Assembly: GCA_013816405.1 (NCBI GenBank)
Contig: JACDEL010000004.1
Location: 3,475-67,474 of the forward strand
DNA: 64,000 nt
Origin: Chloroflexota bacterium
GTDB lineage: Bacteria; Chloroflexota; Limnocylindria; QHBO01
Direction of reading: 5' to 3'
In this document: piece by piece, positions 27,169 to 38,397 of the stretch
Numbering within the stretch: the first letter of the stretch is position 1
Layout of the letters: each line of letters begins with the position of its first letter
The notes under the pieces: generated by a model
What the model was told of the DNA's origin: nothing
The model's database searches: none
The model's input: the letters and a program-made list of their open reading frames with translations, nothing else
Made by a program: the position numbers and the translations under genes

Positions 27169-28221
27169 ATGCTGCGCGAGATGCAGTCGCAGCCGGCGGA
27201 TCTCGCGGCCGCGCTGGTCGACCTGCGAACCCAGGTCACTGGGCTCGATCTCGGCCGCCCCCAGAAGGTGGTCCTGACCGGGAGCGGGGACTCCGGCTTT
27301 GCGGCGATGGCGGTGGAGTATGCGTTCACGCAGGCGCTGGGGCGTCCCGTCTGGGCGCTGCCCTCGGCATCGGCCGCCCGCTACGGGCAGGGTCGCATCG
27401 ACGGGCTGACAGTCGTCATCTCGGTGAGCGGAGAGGTGCGACGCACGATCGAGGCGGCGATGGCGGCACGCAATGCCGGCGGTCGCGTCGTCGCCCTGAC
27501 GGCAGGCGCGGCCTCGTCGCTGGCGAAGCTCGCTGACGCGGTGCTGCTCATGCCCGAGCCGATCAGCCGCTCGACGCCGCACACCCGCGACTACACGATG
27601 ACCCTGCTCGCCCTGCTCGCCCTGCTCGAGAGGCTCTCCGGGACGCCGATTCCCGAGCTCGACGCGTGGCCGGAGCAGATCGGCGACCTCCTGCCGGCAT
27701 CCCTCGCCTGGGCCGACCGGCTCGCCGAGGCCTTTGCATCGGTCGATGAGCCGGTCTGGTTCCTGGGCATGGGCCCGGAGCGCGGCACGGCGGCGTATGG
27801 CGCGCTGAAGTTCTGGGAAGCCGGCGGCAGCGCGGCCTGGTGGGACGACCTCGAGGAGTTCGGCCACGGCTCGCAGCTCGCCGCCAGACCCGGCCAGCTC
27901 GCCGTCTTGTTCGCGAGCGGGCCGGCGTGGGGCCGGGCGCACGAGATGCGCGACGGCCTGGAGCGGATGGGCCTGTCGCCGGCGGTGGTGGGGGACCGCG
28001 CCCCGGAGGACTCGCAGTGCCTCGCGCTGCCGGAGATTCGAGCCGAGCTGAGCCCGCTGCTCACCTCGATTCCAACCCAGGCGCTCGCCCATGCCTTTGC
28101 CACGCGGCGCGGGATCGAGGTCGAGCTGCCGATGGGCGGCAACTCGCTGGGGGACCTCTACGACGAGGTGCACCGCGACTGGATGCGACGCTCCGCGCTC
28201 GAGCCGATCCCGCGGGAGTAG
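27169..28221 (+). CDS. Second SIS-domain protein (two SIS domains)
   Basis: ..KVVLTGSGDSGFAAMA..VVISVSGEV.. and a second SIS half. GGAGGG RBS then ATG 27169. Confidence 0.7.
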   Translation: MLREMQSQPADLAAALVDLRTQVTGLDLGRPQKVVLTGSGDSGFAAMAVEYAFTQALGRPVWALPSASAARYGQGRIDGLTVVISVSGEVRRTIEAAMAARNAGGRVVALTAGAASSLAKLADAVLLMPEPISRSTPHTRDYTMTLLALLALLERLSGTPIPELDAWPEQIGDLLPASLAWADRLAEAFASVDEPVWFLGMGPERGTAAYGALKFWEAGGSAAWWDDLEEFGHGSQLAARPGQLAVLFASGPAWGRAHEMRDGLERMGLSPAVVGDRAPEDSQCLALPEIRAELSPLLTSIPTQALAHAFATRRGIEVELPMGGNSLGDLYDEVHRDWMRRSALEPIPRE

Positions 28222-28223
28222 CC

Positions 28224-29051
28224 ATGAACCTCCCGCTCGGCGTCGCGACGGCCACGGCCGCCGCCATCTCCTTCGGTGCGGCCGATTTCTCCGGGGCAGT
28301 GGTGTCGCGCCGGGTCACGCCGCTCTCGGCGGCGCTCTCGGTGCAGGTCATCAGCGCTGCCGTCCTGGCCGCCGTCCTGGTGGTCACCTCGCAGGAGATC
28401 CGGCCATCCGCGGTGGGGATCGGCCTCGTCGCCGGCCTGGGCGTGGCAGTGGGGCTGCTTGCCCTGTACCAGGCCCTCGCCGTCGGTGCCATGGGCGTCG
28501 TCGCCGTGCTCACCGGCGTGGTCGCCTCGGCGCTGACGCTGGGCTACGACACGCTCGTGGCGGGGCAGGCGCCGTCGATCGTGCAGGTCGGCGGGATGGC
28601 CTTCGCGATCGCAGGAGCGGCGCTGAGCAGCCGCCTCGGGACCGTCTCGATGCGCGTCGCGGCGCTCTCGCTGGTGGGTGGCTGCGGGTTCGGCGGATCG
28701 TTCATCGCCTTCAACCTGGCGTCGGGAGAGAGCCCCGTCACCGTCCTGTTCGTGGCCCGGCTGGCGGCGATCGTCCTGCTCGGCGGCGCATGGGCGACGC
28801 AGTCCGGCCGACGATTGACGATGCACCCGTTGATCACGGTCGCCGGCGTGCTCGACACGGCGGCCAACCTGCTGATGCTGGTGGCGGTCACCCTCATTCC
28901 GGTGAGCTTGGCGACCGCCATCTCATCGGCCAATCCGCCGATCATCACCATGTTCCTGGCGCGCTTCGTGCTCGGCGAGGGCCTTCCCCGGTCGGCCTAT
29001 CTGTCGGTCGGGCTCGCCTCGGCCGGGATCGCCCTGATGTTCCTTGGCTGA
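28224..29051 (+). CDS. EamA/DMT-superfamily transporter (10 TM)
   Basis: 275 aa from MNLPLGV. Two EamA-like 5-TM halves. Confidence 0.7.
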   Translation: MNLPLGVATATAAAISFGAADFSGAVVSRRVTPLSAALSVQVISAAVLAAVLVVTSQEIRPSAVGIGLVAGLGVAVGLLALYQALAVGAMGVVAVLTGVVASALTLGYDTLVAGQAPSIVQVGGMAFAIAGAALSSRLGTVSMRVAALSLVGGCGFGGSFIAFNLASGESPVTVLFVARLAAIVLLGGAWATQSGRRLTMHPLITVAGVLDTAANLLMLVAVTLIPVSLATAISSANPPIITMFLARFVLGEGLPRSAYLSVGLASAGIALMFLG

Positions 29052-30511
29052 TCGGCTGCGACCAGGGCGTGGATCACCTCGCGCGTGTCGAGGTACGCCT
29101 GGCGGTAGAGGTCGAAGAGCCGGGCGTACATCGGCCCCAGTTCGCGGTTTGGCTCGATCGTCTTCTCGACCGGGTTCCAGCTCTCCAGCCCACTGATGCC
29201 TGCTGCCCCTGCCGCGAGCATCGCGTCGCCGAAGGCCGCACCGACCGTGTGACGAGGCAGCAGCTGGGGAATGCCACTCACGTCGCTCACGATCTGCGGC
29301 CAGATCGTCGTTCGGGCGCCGCCGCCCACCGCCAGGTAGCGGGTGGCGGGCGCGCTGACCTCGTCGAAGGCGTCGAGGTTGTGGCGCACGCCCAGGGCAA
29401 CCCCCTCGAGCATCGCACGCATCATCTCGGCCCGGCCGTGTGACAGGGTCAGGCCGATGAGCAAGCCCCGCGCATGCGGATCGAAGATCGGAGTCCGCTC
29501 GCCGGCGAGGTAGGGAAGCATGAGCAGTCCATCCGCTCCAGGCGTGACCTTCGCCGCTTCGGCAATGAGCGTCTCGAGCGGCTGACCCGCCACTTTGCCG
29601 AACCACGTGGCCACGATGCCGCCGGTCGCCATCCCCGCCGCCAGGGTCTCGGTTCCCTCATGGACGCCCGCTGTCGCCCACAGCTTTGTGGATCTGGCGC
29701 CGCGTTCCACGACCTTGGTCAGGAACATCGTTGAGCCGTACATCAGCATGATGTCGCCCATTTCAGTCGCGCCGATGCTCACGGCCTCCGCCCAGGCATC
29801 GATCGTGCCGGCCAGCACCGGCGTTCCCCTCTCGAGCCCTGTTGTTTCCGCCGCAGAGGCCGTTACGGCACCCGCCACCTCTGACGACCACAGCAGGCGC
29901 GGCAGCTCGATCCCCGGAGCGACGCGCTCGACCATCTCCTCGCTCCAGCGGTTGGCCGGCAGGTCGTAGAGTGGGTTGCACTGGCTGGCGGAGTGGTGGT
30001 CCAGCATGTACTCGCCGGTGAGCTGCCAGACCGCGTACGAGCTCGGCATGAAGAAGCGTCGCGTGCGAGCCCAGACCTCTGGCTCGTGGCGCTGGAGCCA
30101 GAGGATCTTGGGACCCACCGCCTGTGAGCTGAGCAGCGACCCGCCGCGTACCAGCAGCTCGTCGTCGCCGATCTCCGCGCTGAGCTCGGCGATCTCCGCC
30201 TCAGCGCGGCTGTCAATGCCATAGAGGATCGCCGCCCTCACCGGCTCGCCTGCGGCGGTCGCTGGCGCCAGGCACGGTCCCATGCCGCTGACGCATACCG
30301 CAGCCGGCGATTCGCCCAGCTGCGTCACCACCCGGCGGCTGAGCGAGGCCATCTCGGACCACCAGGTCGCGGGATGGTGCTCGGCCCACCCGATCCGGGG
30401 CCGGGAGATCTCGTGCGAAACCTGCTCGGTGGCGCGGATCTCGCCGCTCTCGTCCACTGCAACTGCCTTGGACGACGCGGTGCCGATGTCGATGCCGAGG
30501 ACGTATGACAT
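28997..30511 (-). CDS. FGGY-family carbohydrate kinase (L-fuculokinase/xylulokinase-like)
   Basis: 504 aa from MSYVLGIDIGTASSKAV (FGGY N-terminal motif). ..GGGARTTIW.. is the C-terminal ATP motif. Confidence 0.8.
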   Translation of the reverse strand: MSYVLGIDIGTASSKAVAVDESGEIRATEQVSHEISRPRIGWAEHHPATWWSEMASLSRRVVTQLGESPAAVCVSGMGPCLAPATAAGEPVRAAILYGIDSRAEAEIAELSAEIGDDELLVRGGSLLSSQAVGPKILWLQRHEPEVWARTRRFFMPSSYAVWQLTGEYMLDHHSASQCNPLYDLPANRWSEEMVERVAPGIELPRLLWSSEVAGAVTASAAETTGLERGTPVLAGTIDAWAEAVSIGATEMGDIMLMYGSTMFLTKVVERGARSTKLWATAGVHEGTETLAAGMATGGIVATWFGKVAGQPLETLIAEAAKVTPGADGLLMLPYLAGERTPIFDPHARGLLIGLTLSHGRAEMMRAMLEGVALGVRHNLDAFDEVSAPATRYLAVGGGARTTIWPQIVSDVSGIPQLLPRHTVGAAFGDAMLAAGAAGISGLESWNPVEKTIEPNRELGPMYARLFDLYRQAYLDTREVIHALVAADQPRNIRAIPAEASPTDR

Positions 30512-30519
30512 CGGGCGGC

Positions 30520-32298
30520 TCAGCCGTACAGGGGCCCGAACGCGTCGCAGGCGCGGAAGTCGGCACCCTCGGCATCGGCCGTTCCGAATCCGTTCCAGGC
30601 TGCCGGTCGAAAGACCTGGTCGGCGTCGACGTTGTGCATGAAGACCGGCACCCGAAGGATGGACGCCAGGGTGATGAGATCGGCGCCGATGTGGCCGTGA
30701 CTGATCGCGGCATGGTTGGCGCCCCAGGCATTCATGACCGAGTAGACGTCCCGGAAGACGCCGTCTCCCTCCGTGCGGGGCACGAACCAGGTCGTGGGCC
30801 ACGAGGGATTGGTGCGGTCGTCCAGGACCGCATGCACCTCGTCAGGCAGCTCGATCGTCCATCCCTCGGCGATCTGCAGCGCCGGACGGCCGCGGTATAT
30901 GTTGATGCGGCACATGGTCACCGGCATCCCGCCGCGCGTCCGGAAGCGCGTCGACCAGCCACCGCCGCGGAAGTACTCGGTCAGCCCCGGGTGCCACGTC
31001 GTGGCGCGCAGGCTTGCGGCGATCTCGTCCTCGGAGAGCTCCCAGAACGGCTTGATCGCGGCCCGGCCGTCGATCGTCTGCTGCCCGGTCGCATCGAGCG
31101 CCGCGGGCCCGGAGTTGATCAGGTGCAGGAATCCACCGGCCTCGACCCCGCCGAGCTCATGTCCCGCGACCCGTTTCACGGCCTCCGGGCTCCAGTAGGT
31201 CCGAACGTCGGCAAAGATCTGCGCCGTGTTGGTGAGCAGGTGGCCGAACAGCATCGAGGCGCCGTTCAGGGAGTCGTTCTCGGTGGCGACCACGTACGGC
31301 GCGCGAGGCCCGTCCCAGTCGAACGACGAGTTGAGGATCGCCTCCATGAAGTCGCCGTTGGGCAGGAAATCGGTCCATTGGCGCTGCCCCTGGAAGCCGG
31401 CCAGGATCGCGTTGTGGCCGAGCGACTCCTCGCCGTGCCCGGCCTCCTTCAGCTTCGGATTGCCGACCATCAGGTCCCGCATCGCCAGCGCCATCTTCAC
31501 CGATGAGGCCCAGTCGCGATCCAGCTCCTCCCGGGAGCGTTGTTTCTCGGCGCGGTTGTAGTCGGTCCCCTCCACACAGTTCACGCGCACCCACTCCATC
31601 GCCCGCTCGAACTCCGCGGGGTCATAGATGCCACGCTCGATCCTGCGCAGGATCTCCGTCATGTCGATCGCCTCGACGCGCATCCCCAGGTAACGCTGGA
31701 AGAAGGCGCGATCCACGATCGAGCCCGCGATTCCCATCGAGGTGCCACCCACCGACAGGTAGGATCGGCTCCGCATCAGCTGCGATGCGACCGCCGCCTT
31801 CGCGAAGCGCAGCACCTTCTCGCGAATGTCGTCAGGCACGGACACGTCACCGCTGTCCTGCACGTCGCGCCCGTAGATGCCGAACGCGGGCAGGCCCTGC
31901 TGGGCGTGGGCTGCCAGGACAGCCGCCAGGTAGACGGCCCCGGGCCGCTCGGTCCCGTTGAATCCCCACACCGCCTTGGGCCGCAGCGGATCGACGTCCA
32001 TCGTCTCAGAGCCGTAGCACCAGGCCGGCGTCACCGAGATCGTGGCTCCCACGTCCTCCCGCCGAAACTTCTCATCGGCTGCGGCCGCCTCTGCCACCCG
32101 ACCGATGGTGGAATCGGCGATGACGCACTCCACGCGCTCGCCGTTGGGGTACCGCAGCGCGCCGGAGATCGTGTCTGCCAGCGCTCGAGCGAGCTGGATC
32201 GTCTGCGCCTCGAGCGATTCGCGGACTCCGCCCTCGCGTGCATCGATCGTCGGCCGGATCCCGATCCGGGGGAGGACGCCAAATCGGTCCGCAGTCAT
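30520..32298 (-). CDS. fucI: L-fucose isomerase
   Basis: 592 aa from [16 protein letters not shown]. Long colinear matches to E. coli FucI: ..[56 protein letters not shown].. and ..[36 protein letters not shown].. and ..[35 protein letters not shown]. Confidence 0.85.
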   Translation of the reverse strand: MTADRFGVLPRIGIRPTIDAREGGVRESLEAQTIQLARALADTISGALRYPNGERVECVIADSTIGRVAEAAAADEKFRREDVGATISVTPAWCYGSETMDVDPLRPKAVWGFNGTERPGAVYLAAVLAAHAQQGLPAFGIYGRDVQDSGDVSVPDDIREKVLRFAKAAVASQLMRSRSYLSVGGTSMGIAGSIVDRAFFQRYLGMRVEAIDMTEILRRIERGIYDPAEFERAMEWVRVNCVEGTDYNRAEKQRSREELDRDWASSVKMALAMRDLMVGNPKLKEAGHGEESLGHNAILAGFQGQRQWTDFLPNGDFMEAILNSSFDWDGPRAPYVVATENDSLNGASMLFGHLLTNTAQIFADVRTYWSPEAVKRVAGHELGGVEAGGFLHLINSGPAALDATGQQTIDGRAAIKPFWELSEDEIAASLRATTWHPGLTEYFRGGGWSTRFRTRGGMPVTMCRINIYRGRPALQIAEGWTIELPDEVHAVLDDRTNPSWPTTWFVPRTEGDGVFRDVYSVMNAWGANHAAISHGHIGADLITLASILRVPVFMHNVDADQVFRPAAWNGFGTADAEGADFRACDAFGPLYG

Positions 32299-32486
32299 CG
32301 GTCTTGCTCCTCGCACGGGCGGCGGATGAGGCGGCGCCGCCGCCGCGGGATGGCAAGTATCAGCCGAGGGTTGCATCCCGTGGCCCTTTCGCGGCCTTCG
32401 GAGGGACCTCCTCCAAATTTGATGACAACACAGACTGGCTTGTACTCACCGGCCTGCCCCTGCAACGGACGGCCGAAATGGTCCAA

Positions 32487-32506
32487 AACATAGGAAAACC
32501 TATGTT
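32487..32506 (+). promoter_or_regulatory. Perfect 8-bp inverted repeat AACATAGG-aaaa-CCTATGTT covering the RBS (AGGA) and the first ATG of hemA
   Basis: Seen directly in an unusually AT-rich 120-bp stretch of the fucI/hemA divergent intergenic region. Could be an operator or an RNA hairpin sequestering SD and AUG. Confidence 0.4.
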
Positions 32507-33794
32507 TCTGTTTGACTCCGAAGCTGGCCGCACCTACGGTTGCGCCTTCGGCGAGTTCCCTTCTGACATCGAGGTTCAGTGCTTGCCTCCACTCCCTAAC
32601 CCTAGGACCGGAGCTCGCGGAGAGCGTAGCCAGCAGCTGGAGCGCCTTGTCGTTGCCGGCGCCACCGTTCGCGACGTGGACACGGCGGGCCGGGAGGCGC
32701 TTGCAGTAGCCCTCGAGAGCCACTCCGATGTTTTCTCCGAACGCGTGCTCCTTCACACCTGCCATCGTGTCGAGCTGGTCGCGTTTGCCGAGGTAGAAGA
32801 AGCCCTGGTTCCTCTGCCCGACGTGGTGCACCAGATCTCGGGGCTTGCAGCCGCCGAGCGAGTGATGCTGGTGGCAGGAGGGCTGGATTCCGCTGTCCTC
32901 GCCGAGGAGCAGATCCTCGGACAGGTGCGCGACGCGTACAGCTCGTCGCTCGAGCAGGGCCAGACCGGGCCAGTCACCAACGAGCTGTTTCGGCGGGCGA
33001 TCCGCTTCGGCAAGCGCGTCCGATCCTTCGCCCAGCCGATCGGAGACCGCTCGCTGGCGGACAGCGCGGCGCGGTGGTTGGAGCAGCGACTGACGCCGCC
33101 GGACGGACGCCCACTGCGCGCACTGGTCATCGGCACCGGCGAGATGGGGCGCGCCCTTGCAGCTCATCTCGGCGCCCGCGGTGCACGGGTCACGTTGGCA
33201 TCCCGGAGCGCAGACCGCGCAGAACGCGTCATCGCCAGCCTGCCGCATCCGGAACGGCACCAGGCGGCGCTCCTCTCGCAGGCCCTGGCCGTACCCCTGT
33301 CCTACGACGTCGTCGCGATCGCGGTCCGGGACGGCATCGGGCGGCTCGACGCCAGCCACCTTGCCGGGCACCCCCCGCTGGTCGTGGATCTCTCGTCTCC
33401 CGGCAGTGTCACGCCGGCGGCAGCCGCTCGGCTCGGAGACCGTCTGCTGGATCTGGACCAGCTCGGCGTTCCGGGCGATGCCCGTCGCCTGGCGGCCGAC
33501 GTCGAGCAACGCCTCCGCACCGAGGCGCGAGCTGAGGCGAACGAATTTGCCGAGTGGCTGGAGATCCGCGCCAACGGCGATGCGGTCGCGATGCTGCGTG
33601 CCCACGGCGACGATGTCCGGCGGCGGCACCTCATGCATCTGCGCCTGAAGCACACCCTTGACCAGGAGCAGGCCGCCGCCGTCGAGGCGATGACGGTCGC
33701 CATGCTCGGTGAGCTTCTTCACGCGCCGATCGTCCGGCTGCGCCGGAACCCCGACGCCGCCGCGCGGGTGCGGGAGGTCTTCGGGATCGAATGA
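32502..33794 (+). CDS. hemA: Glutamyl-tRNA reductase
   Basis: ..ERVLLHTCHRVELVA.., ..NELFRRAIRFGKRVRS.., ..RALVIGTGEMGRALAAHL.. match GluTR motifs. Start is uncertain. ATG 32502 gives 431 aa but a ~45-aa non-conserved N-terminus. An in-frame TTG at ~32594 is the alternative. Confidence 0.7.
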   Translation: MFLFDSEAGRTYGCAFGEFPSDIEVQCLPPLPNPRTGARGERSQQLERLVVAGATVRDVDTAGREALAVALESHSDVFSERVLLHTCHRVELVAFAEVEEALVPLPDVVHQISGLAAAERVMLVAGGLDSAVLAEEQILGQVRDAYSSSLEQGQTGPVTNELFRRAIRFGKRVRSFAQPIGDRSLADSAARWLEQRLTPPDGRPLRALVIGTGEMGRALAAHLGARGARVTLASRSADRAERVIASLPHPERHQAALLSQALAVPLSYDVVAIAVRDGIGRLDASHLAGHPPLVVDLSSPGSVTPAAAARLGDRLLDLDQLGVPGDARRLAADVEQRLRTEARAEANEFAEWLEIRANGDAVAMLRAHGDDVRRRHLMHLRLKHTLDQEQAAAVEAMTVAMLGELLHAPIVRLRRNPDAAARVREVFGIE

Positions 33795-34687
33795 GCACCG
33801 TCACCACCACGCTGCGACTCGGCACCCGCGGCAGCCGACTGGCGATGGCACAGGCAGTGGAGGCCGCCGCGGCGCTGGCGGGGGCGCACGGACCTGGCTC
33901 GATCGAGATGGTCGAGATTCGCACCCGGGGGGACGCCATCAGCGAGCGACGGCCAGCCGGGCATCTCGTCGTCGGCGACGGGCAATTCACCGGTGAGCTG
34001 GAGCAGGCGCTGCTCGACGGAACGATCGACATCGCCGTCCATTCCCTCAAGGACGTGCCCACGGTGTCCCACCCGGGGCTCGTCCTCGGCGCGATCCTGG
34101 CGCGCGCTGATCCGCGGGATTGCCTGCTGAGCCGTCATCCAGCGGGCCTCGAGGGACTGCCGTTCGGCGCACTGATCGGCACGAGCAGCCTCCGGCGCGC
34201 AGCGCAGCTGGCGGCGGCCAGGGTCGACCTGGTGGCGCGTCCCATCCGCGGGAACGTTGATACCCGGCTGCGACGTCTCGAGGCCGGGGAATACGACGCC
34301 CTGCTGCTGGCTGCGGCAGGGCTCGACCGCCTGGGATTCCAGATCGGCCCGGATGATCGGCTCCCGCTCGACCTTATGCTCCCGGCACCGGGCCAGGGGG
34401 CGCTTGCACTCCAGGTCCGAGCGAGTGACATGCGACTGGTGCGTCCGCTCGATCACGGGCCGACAAGGCTGGCCGTCCAGGCTGAACGTGCCCTGCTCCG
34501 GGCTCTCGGCGGCGGATGCCTCGCGCCGCTCGGTGCGCTCGCGGAAATCGCGGACGGCCACATTCGCCTGCGTGCCGCATACGAGGGACCCGCCGGGTTC
34601 GCACGTGTCGACCTGAATGGCTTGCCCGATCGTCCCGGCGAGCTCGTGGCTGAGGCAGCGGCGAAGATCAGGGAGGCCACGGCGTGA
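33791..34687 (+). CDS. hemC: Hydroxymethylbilane synthase (porphobilinogen deaminase)
   Basis: LRLGTRGSRLAMAQA..IDIAVHSLKDVPT.. is the HemC signature. ATGA overlap with hemA. Confidence 0.85.
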   Translation: MSTVTTTLRLGTRGSRLAMAQAVEAAAALAGAHGPGSIEMVEIRTRGDAISERRPAGHLVVGDGQFTGELEQALLDGTIDIAVHSLKDVPTVSHPGLVLGAILARADPRDCLLSRHPAGLEGLPFGALIGTSSLRRAAQLAAARVDLVARPIRGNVDTRLRRLEAGEYDALLLAAAGLDRLGFQIGPDDRLPLDLMLPAPGQGALALQVRASDMRLVRPLDHGPTRLAVQAERALLRALGGGCLAPLGALAEIADGHIRLRAAYEGPAGFARVDLNGLPDRPGELVAEAAAKIREATA

Positions 34688-35439
34688 CCACGCTCCTCGT
34701 CACGCGGCCTGCGCCGCAGGCCGCCGAGCTGGTGACGCTGCTGGCCGAACGCGGCCTCGATGCGATCAGTGTCCCGACCGTCGAGATTGCCCCCGCTCCA
34801 CCGGACGGGGCTCTCGACAAGGCGATCCAATCCCTTGACGGCGCTGCCTGGCTGGTCATCACCAGCGTCAATGGCGCGGCCGCCCTGCTTGGACGCCTCA
34901 CTGCCCTCAGCGCATCGCTCCCGGTTGGCGTCCGAGTCGCGGCAGTAGGCCCTGCCACTGCCGCGGCGCTCGAGATGGGCGCGCTCCGCGTCGACCACAT
35001 CCCGCCCCGATACCGCACCGTCGCGATCGCCGATGGCCTCGGCGACGTCGCGGGCCGGCGCGTCGTGCTGGCACGCGCAGATGCAGCCACCGCCGACCTT
35101 CGCGATCTCCTCCGGAGCCGGGGTGCGCTGGTAGAGGAGGTCGTCGCCTACCGGACCGTCGAAGGGCCCGCCGCCTCGCGCGACCGCGTCCGCGCGGCGC
35201 TTGCACAGCCCCTCGATGGCGTGACCTTCACCAGCGGCTCAACCGTGCGCGGCCTGCATGCCCTCCTCTCGCCGCCGGAGGCACTCCGCGTCACCGCGCT
35301 GCCGGCCTATTGCATCGGTCCGGTCACCGCCAAGGTCGCCCGCGGGGCCGGGTTCGCGGTACCCGTGGTGGCGGCCAGTCACACGGTCGTGGCCCTGGCG
35401 GAGGCGATACACGCCCACCTGAGCAAGGAGATCTCATGA
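34684..35439 (+). CDS. hemD: Uroporphyrinogen-III synthase
   Basis: 251 aa. ..LLVTRPAPQAAELVTLLAERGLDAISVPTVEI..WLVITSVNGA.. is the HemD pattern. Overlaps both neighbours. Confidence 0.75.
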   Translation: MTTLLVTRPAPQAAELVTLLAERGLDAISVPTVEIAPAPPDGALDKAIQSLDGAAWLVITSVNGAAALLGRLTALSASLPVGVRVAAVGPATAAALEMGALRVDHIPPRYRTVAIADGLGDVAGRRVVLARADAATADLRDLLRSRGALVEEVVAYRTVEGPAASRDRVRAALAQPLDGVTFTSGSTVRGLHALLSPPEALRVTALPAYCIGPVTAKVARGAGFAVPVVAASHTVVALAEAIHAHLSKEIS

Positions 35440-36461
35440 GCCTCGGCCTCGAAACCGGCGGCACCTCGGAGATTGCATTGCGCGGCCGGCGCCTGCGTCG
35501 CTCGGCGGCGCTCCGAGGCCTCGTCCGGGAGACCCGTCTGCACCCGGAGATGCTCGTCCAGCCGATCTTCATCCAGGCTGGGCTCGCCGGTCGCGAGCCG
35601 ATCGGTGCCATGCCGGGGCAGGACCGCCTTGGCCTGGCGGCTCTTCCCGAGGAGGCGGCACGCCTCAGGGCCGCGGGTGTCCGATCGGTCCTGCTGTTTG
35701 GGCTGCCGTCGTCCAAGGACGCCATCGGCTCGGGCGCATGGGCACCCGATGGGGTCGTCCAGGAGGCAATCCGCGTGCTGCGCAGCGCCGACACGGAGCT
35801 GGTGATGATCGCGGACGTCTGCCTGTGCGAGTACACCAGTCACGGGCACTGCGGCGTCCTGGCCGGGAACGGCGAGGACGCAACCGTTGACAACGATCGC
35901 TCGCTCGAGCTTCTGGCGCGGATCGCCGTCTCGCTGGCGGACGCAGGCGCCGATCTCGTGGCGCCGAGCGCGATGATGGATGGACAGGTGGCGGCGATCC
36001 GAGCAGCGCTGGATGAGGCCGGTCGCCGCGAGACCGCGATCCTGGCCTACGCGGCCAAGCACGCCTCTGCTTTCTACGGCCCGTTCCGCGAGGCTGCGGA
36101 CTCCGCGCCTGCATTCGGCGACCGTCGCAGCTACCAGATGGACCCTGCCAACGGGCGCGAGGCGCGCCGGGAGATCGACGCTGACCTGGCCGAAGGGGCC
36201 GACATGATCATGATCAAGCCGGCGCTCCCGTCGCTCGACCTGGTGGCCGCCGCCCGCGCGCGCACCGACGTGCCGATCGCCGCCTACCAGGTGAGCGGCG
36301 AGTACGCCGCCATCTGCGCCGCCGCTGCAAACGGCTGGCTGGATCGTCGCGCCGTTGCGCTCGAGAGCCTGCTCGCCATTGCGCGGGCCGGCGCCGACAT
36401 CATCGTCACCTACTTCGCCGCCGAGGTGGCCGGCTGGCTGAGGGACGAGGCACCGCGATGA
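35436..36461 (+). CDS. hemB: Porphobilinogen synthase (delta-aminolevulinate dehydratase)
   Basis: 341 aa from MSLGLETGG. ..RRLRRSAALRGLVRETRLHPEMLVQPIFI.. and active-site region ..DVCLCEYTSHGHCGV.. AAGGAG RBS. Confidence 0.85.
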   Translation: MSLGLETGGTSEIALRGRRLRRSAALRGLVRETRLHPEMLVQPIFIQAGLAGREPIGAMPGQDRLGLAALPEEAARLRAAGVRSVLLFGLPSSKDAIGSGAWAPDGVVQEAIRVLRSADTELVMIADVCLCEYTSHGHCGVLAGNGEDATVDNDRSLELLARIAVSLADAGADLVAPSAMMDGQVAAIRAALDEAGRRETAILAYAAKHASAFYGPFREAADSAPAFGDRRSYQMDPANGREARREIDADLAEGADMIMIKPALPSLDLVAAARARTDVPIAAYQVSGEYAAICAAAANGWLDRRAVALESLLAIARAGADIIVTYFAAEVAGWLRDEAPR

Positions 36462-37140
36462 GCGAGGAGCGCTTCGTCCATGCCTGGCTGCTGCGCCTGG
36501 ACCCGGCGTGGCGGCGCCTGCCCACGGCCGATCGCGAGGCGGAGATCGCGGCGTTCTGTGCGGCCGCCGATCGCTCGGCAGCTCGACTGGTGCAGCACGC
36601 CTATTCGACGATCGGCCTGCGGGCGGAGGGAGACCTGCTGCTATGGCGGATGGGCGAACGAATCGAGGAGATCGAGGAGACGGCGGCCGACCTGCTGGCC
36701 AGTGGCCTCGGTCGCTGGCTGACGACGGCGATCTCCATGATCGGACTCACGCGGCCAAGCCAGTATGTGAAACGGCCCAGCAGCCAGGAGCAGAGCCTCT
36801 TCTCCGGCGCGCGCTCCCGCTACCTGGTCGTATACCCCTTTGTGAAGAGCACGGAGTGGTACCTAACCCCGGCCGAGGAGCGGCAGGAGGTGATGAAGGG
36901 CCACATGCGGGTCGGGCACCGCTTCCCGCAGGTCCGTCAGCTGCTCGCGTACTCGTTCGGCCTCGACGACCAGGAGTTCATCGTCGCCTACGAAACCGAC
37001 GACCTAGTCGCCTTCCAGGACCTGGTGCGCGAGCTGCGCGAGACGGAGAGCCGTCGCTCCACCGTGCGTGACACGCCGATCATCACCGGCATCCACCGGC
37101 CGCTGGGTGAGATCCTGGGGCAGCTGTCCGGGACTGCCGC

Positions 37141-37144
<4 letters not shown>
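36458..37144 (+). CDS. hemQ: Chlorite-dismutase-family coproheme decarboxylase (HemQ/ChdC)
   Basis: 228 aa. ..YPFVKSTEWYLTPAEERQEVMKGHMRVG.. and ..FIVAYETDDLVAFQDLVRELRETE.. match the HemQ family. Embedded in the hem operon. Confidence 0.7.

Positions 37145-38389
<1,245 letters not shown>

Positions 38390-38397
<8 letters not shown>

Noticed and set aside
26743-28173. 476-aa minus-strand ORF
   Set aside because: Antisense shadow of the PfkB and SIS genes.
32238-32501. N-terminal 88 codons of the 518-aa hemA ORF
   Set aside because: Overlaps the fucI coding region and divergent intergenic region and has no similarity to GluTR. The conserved domain begins ~residue 130.
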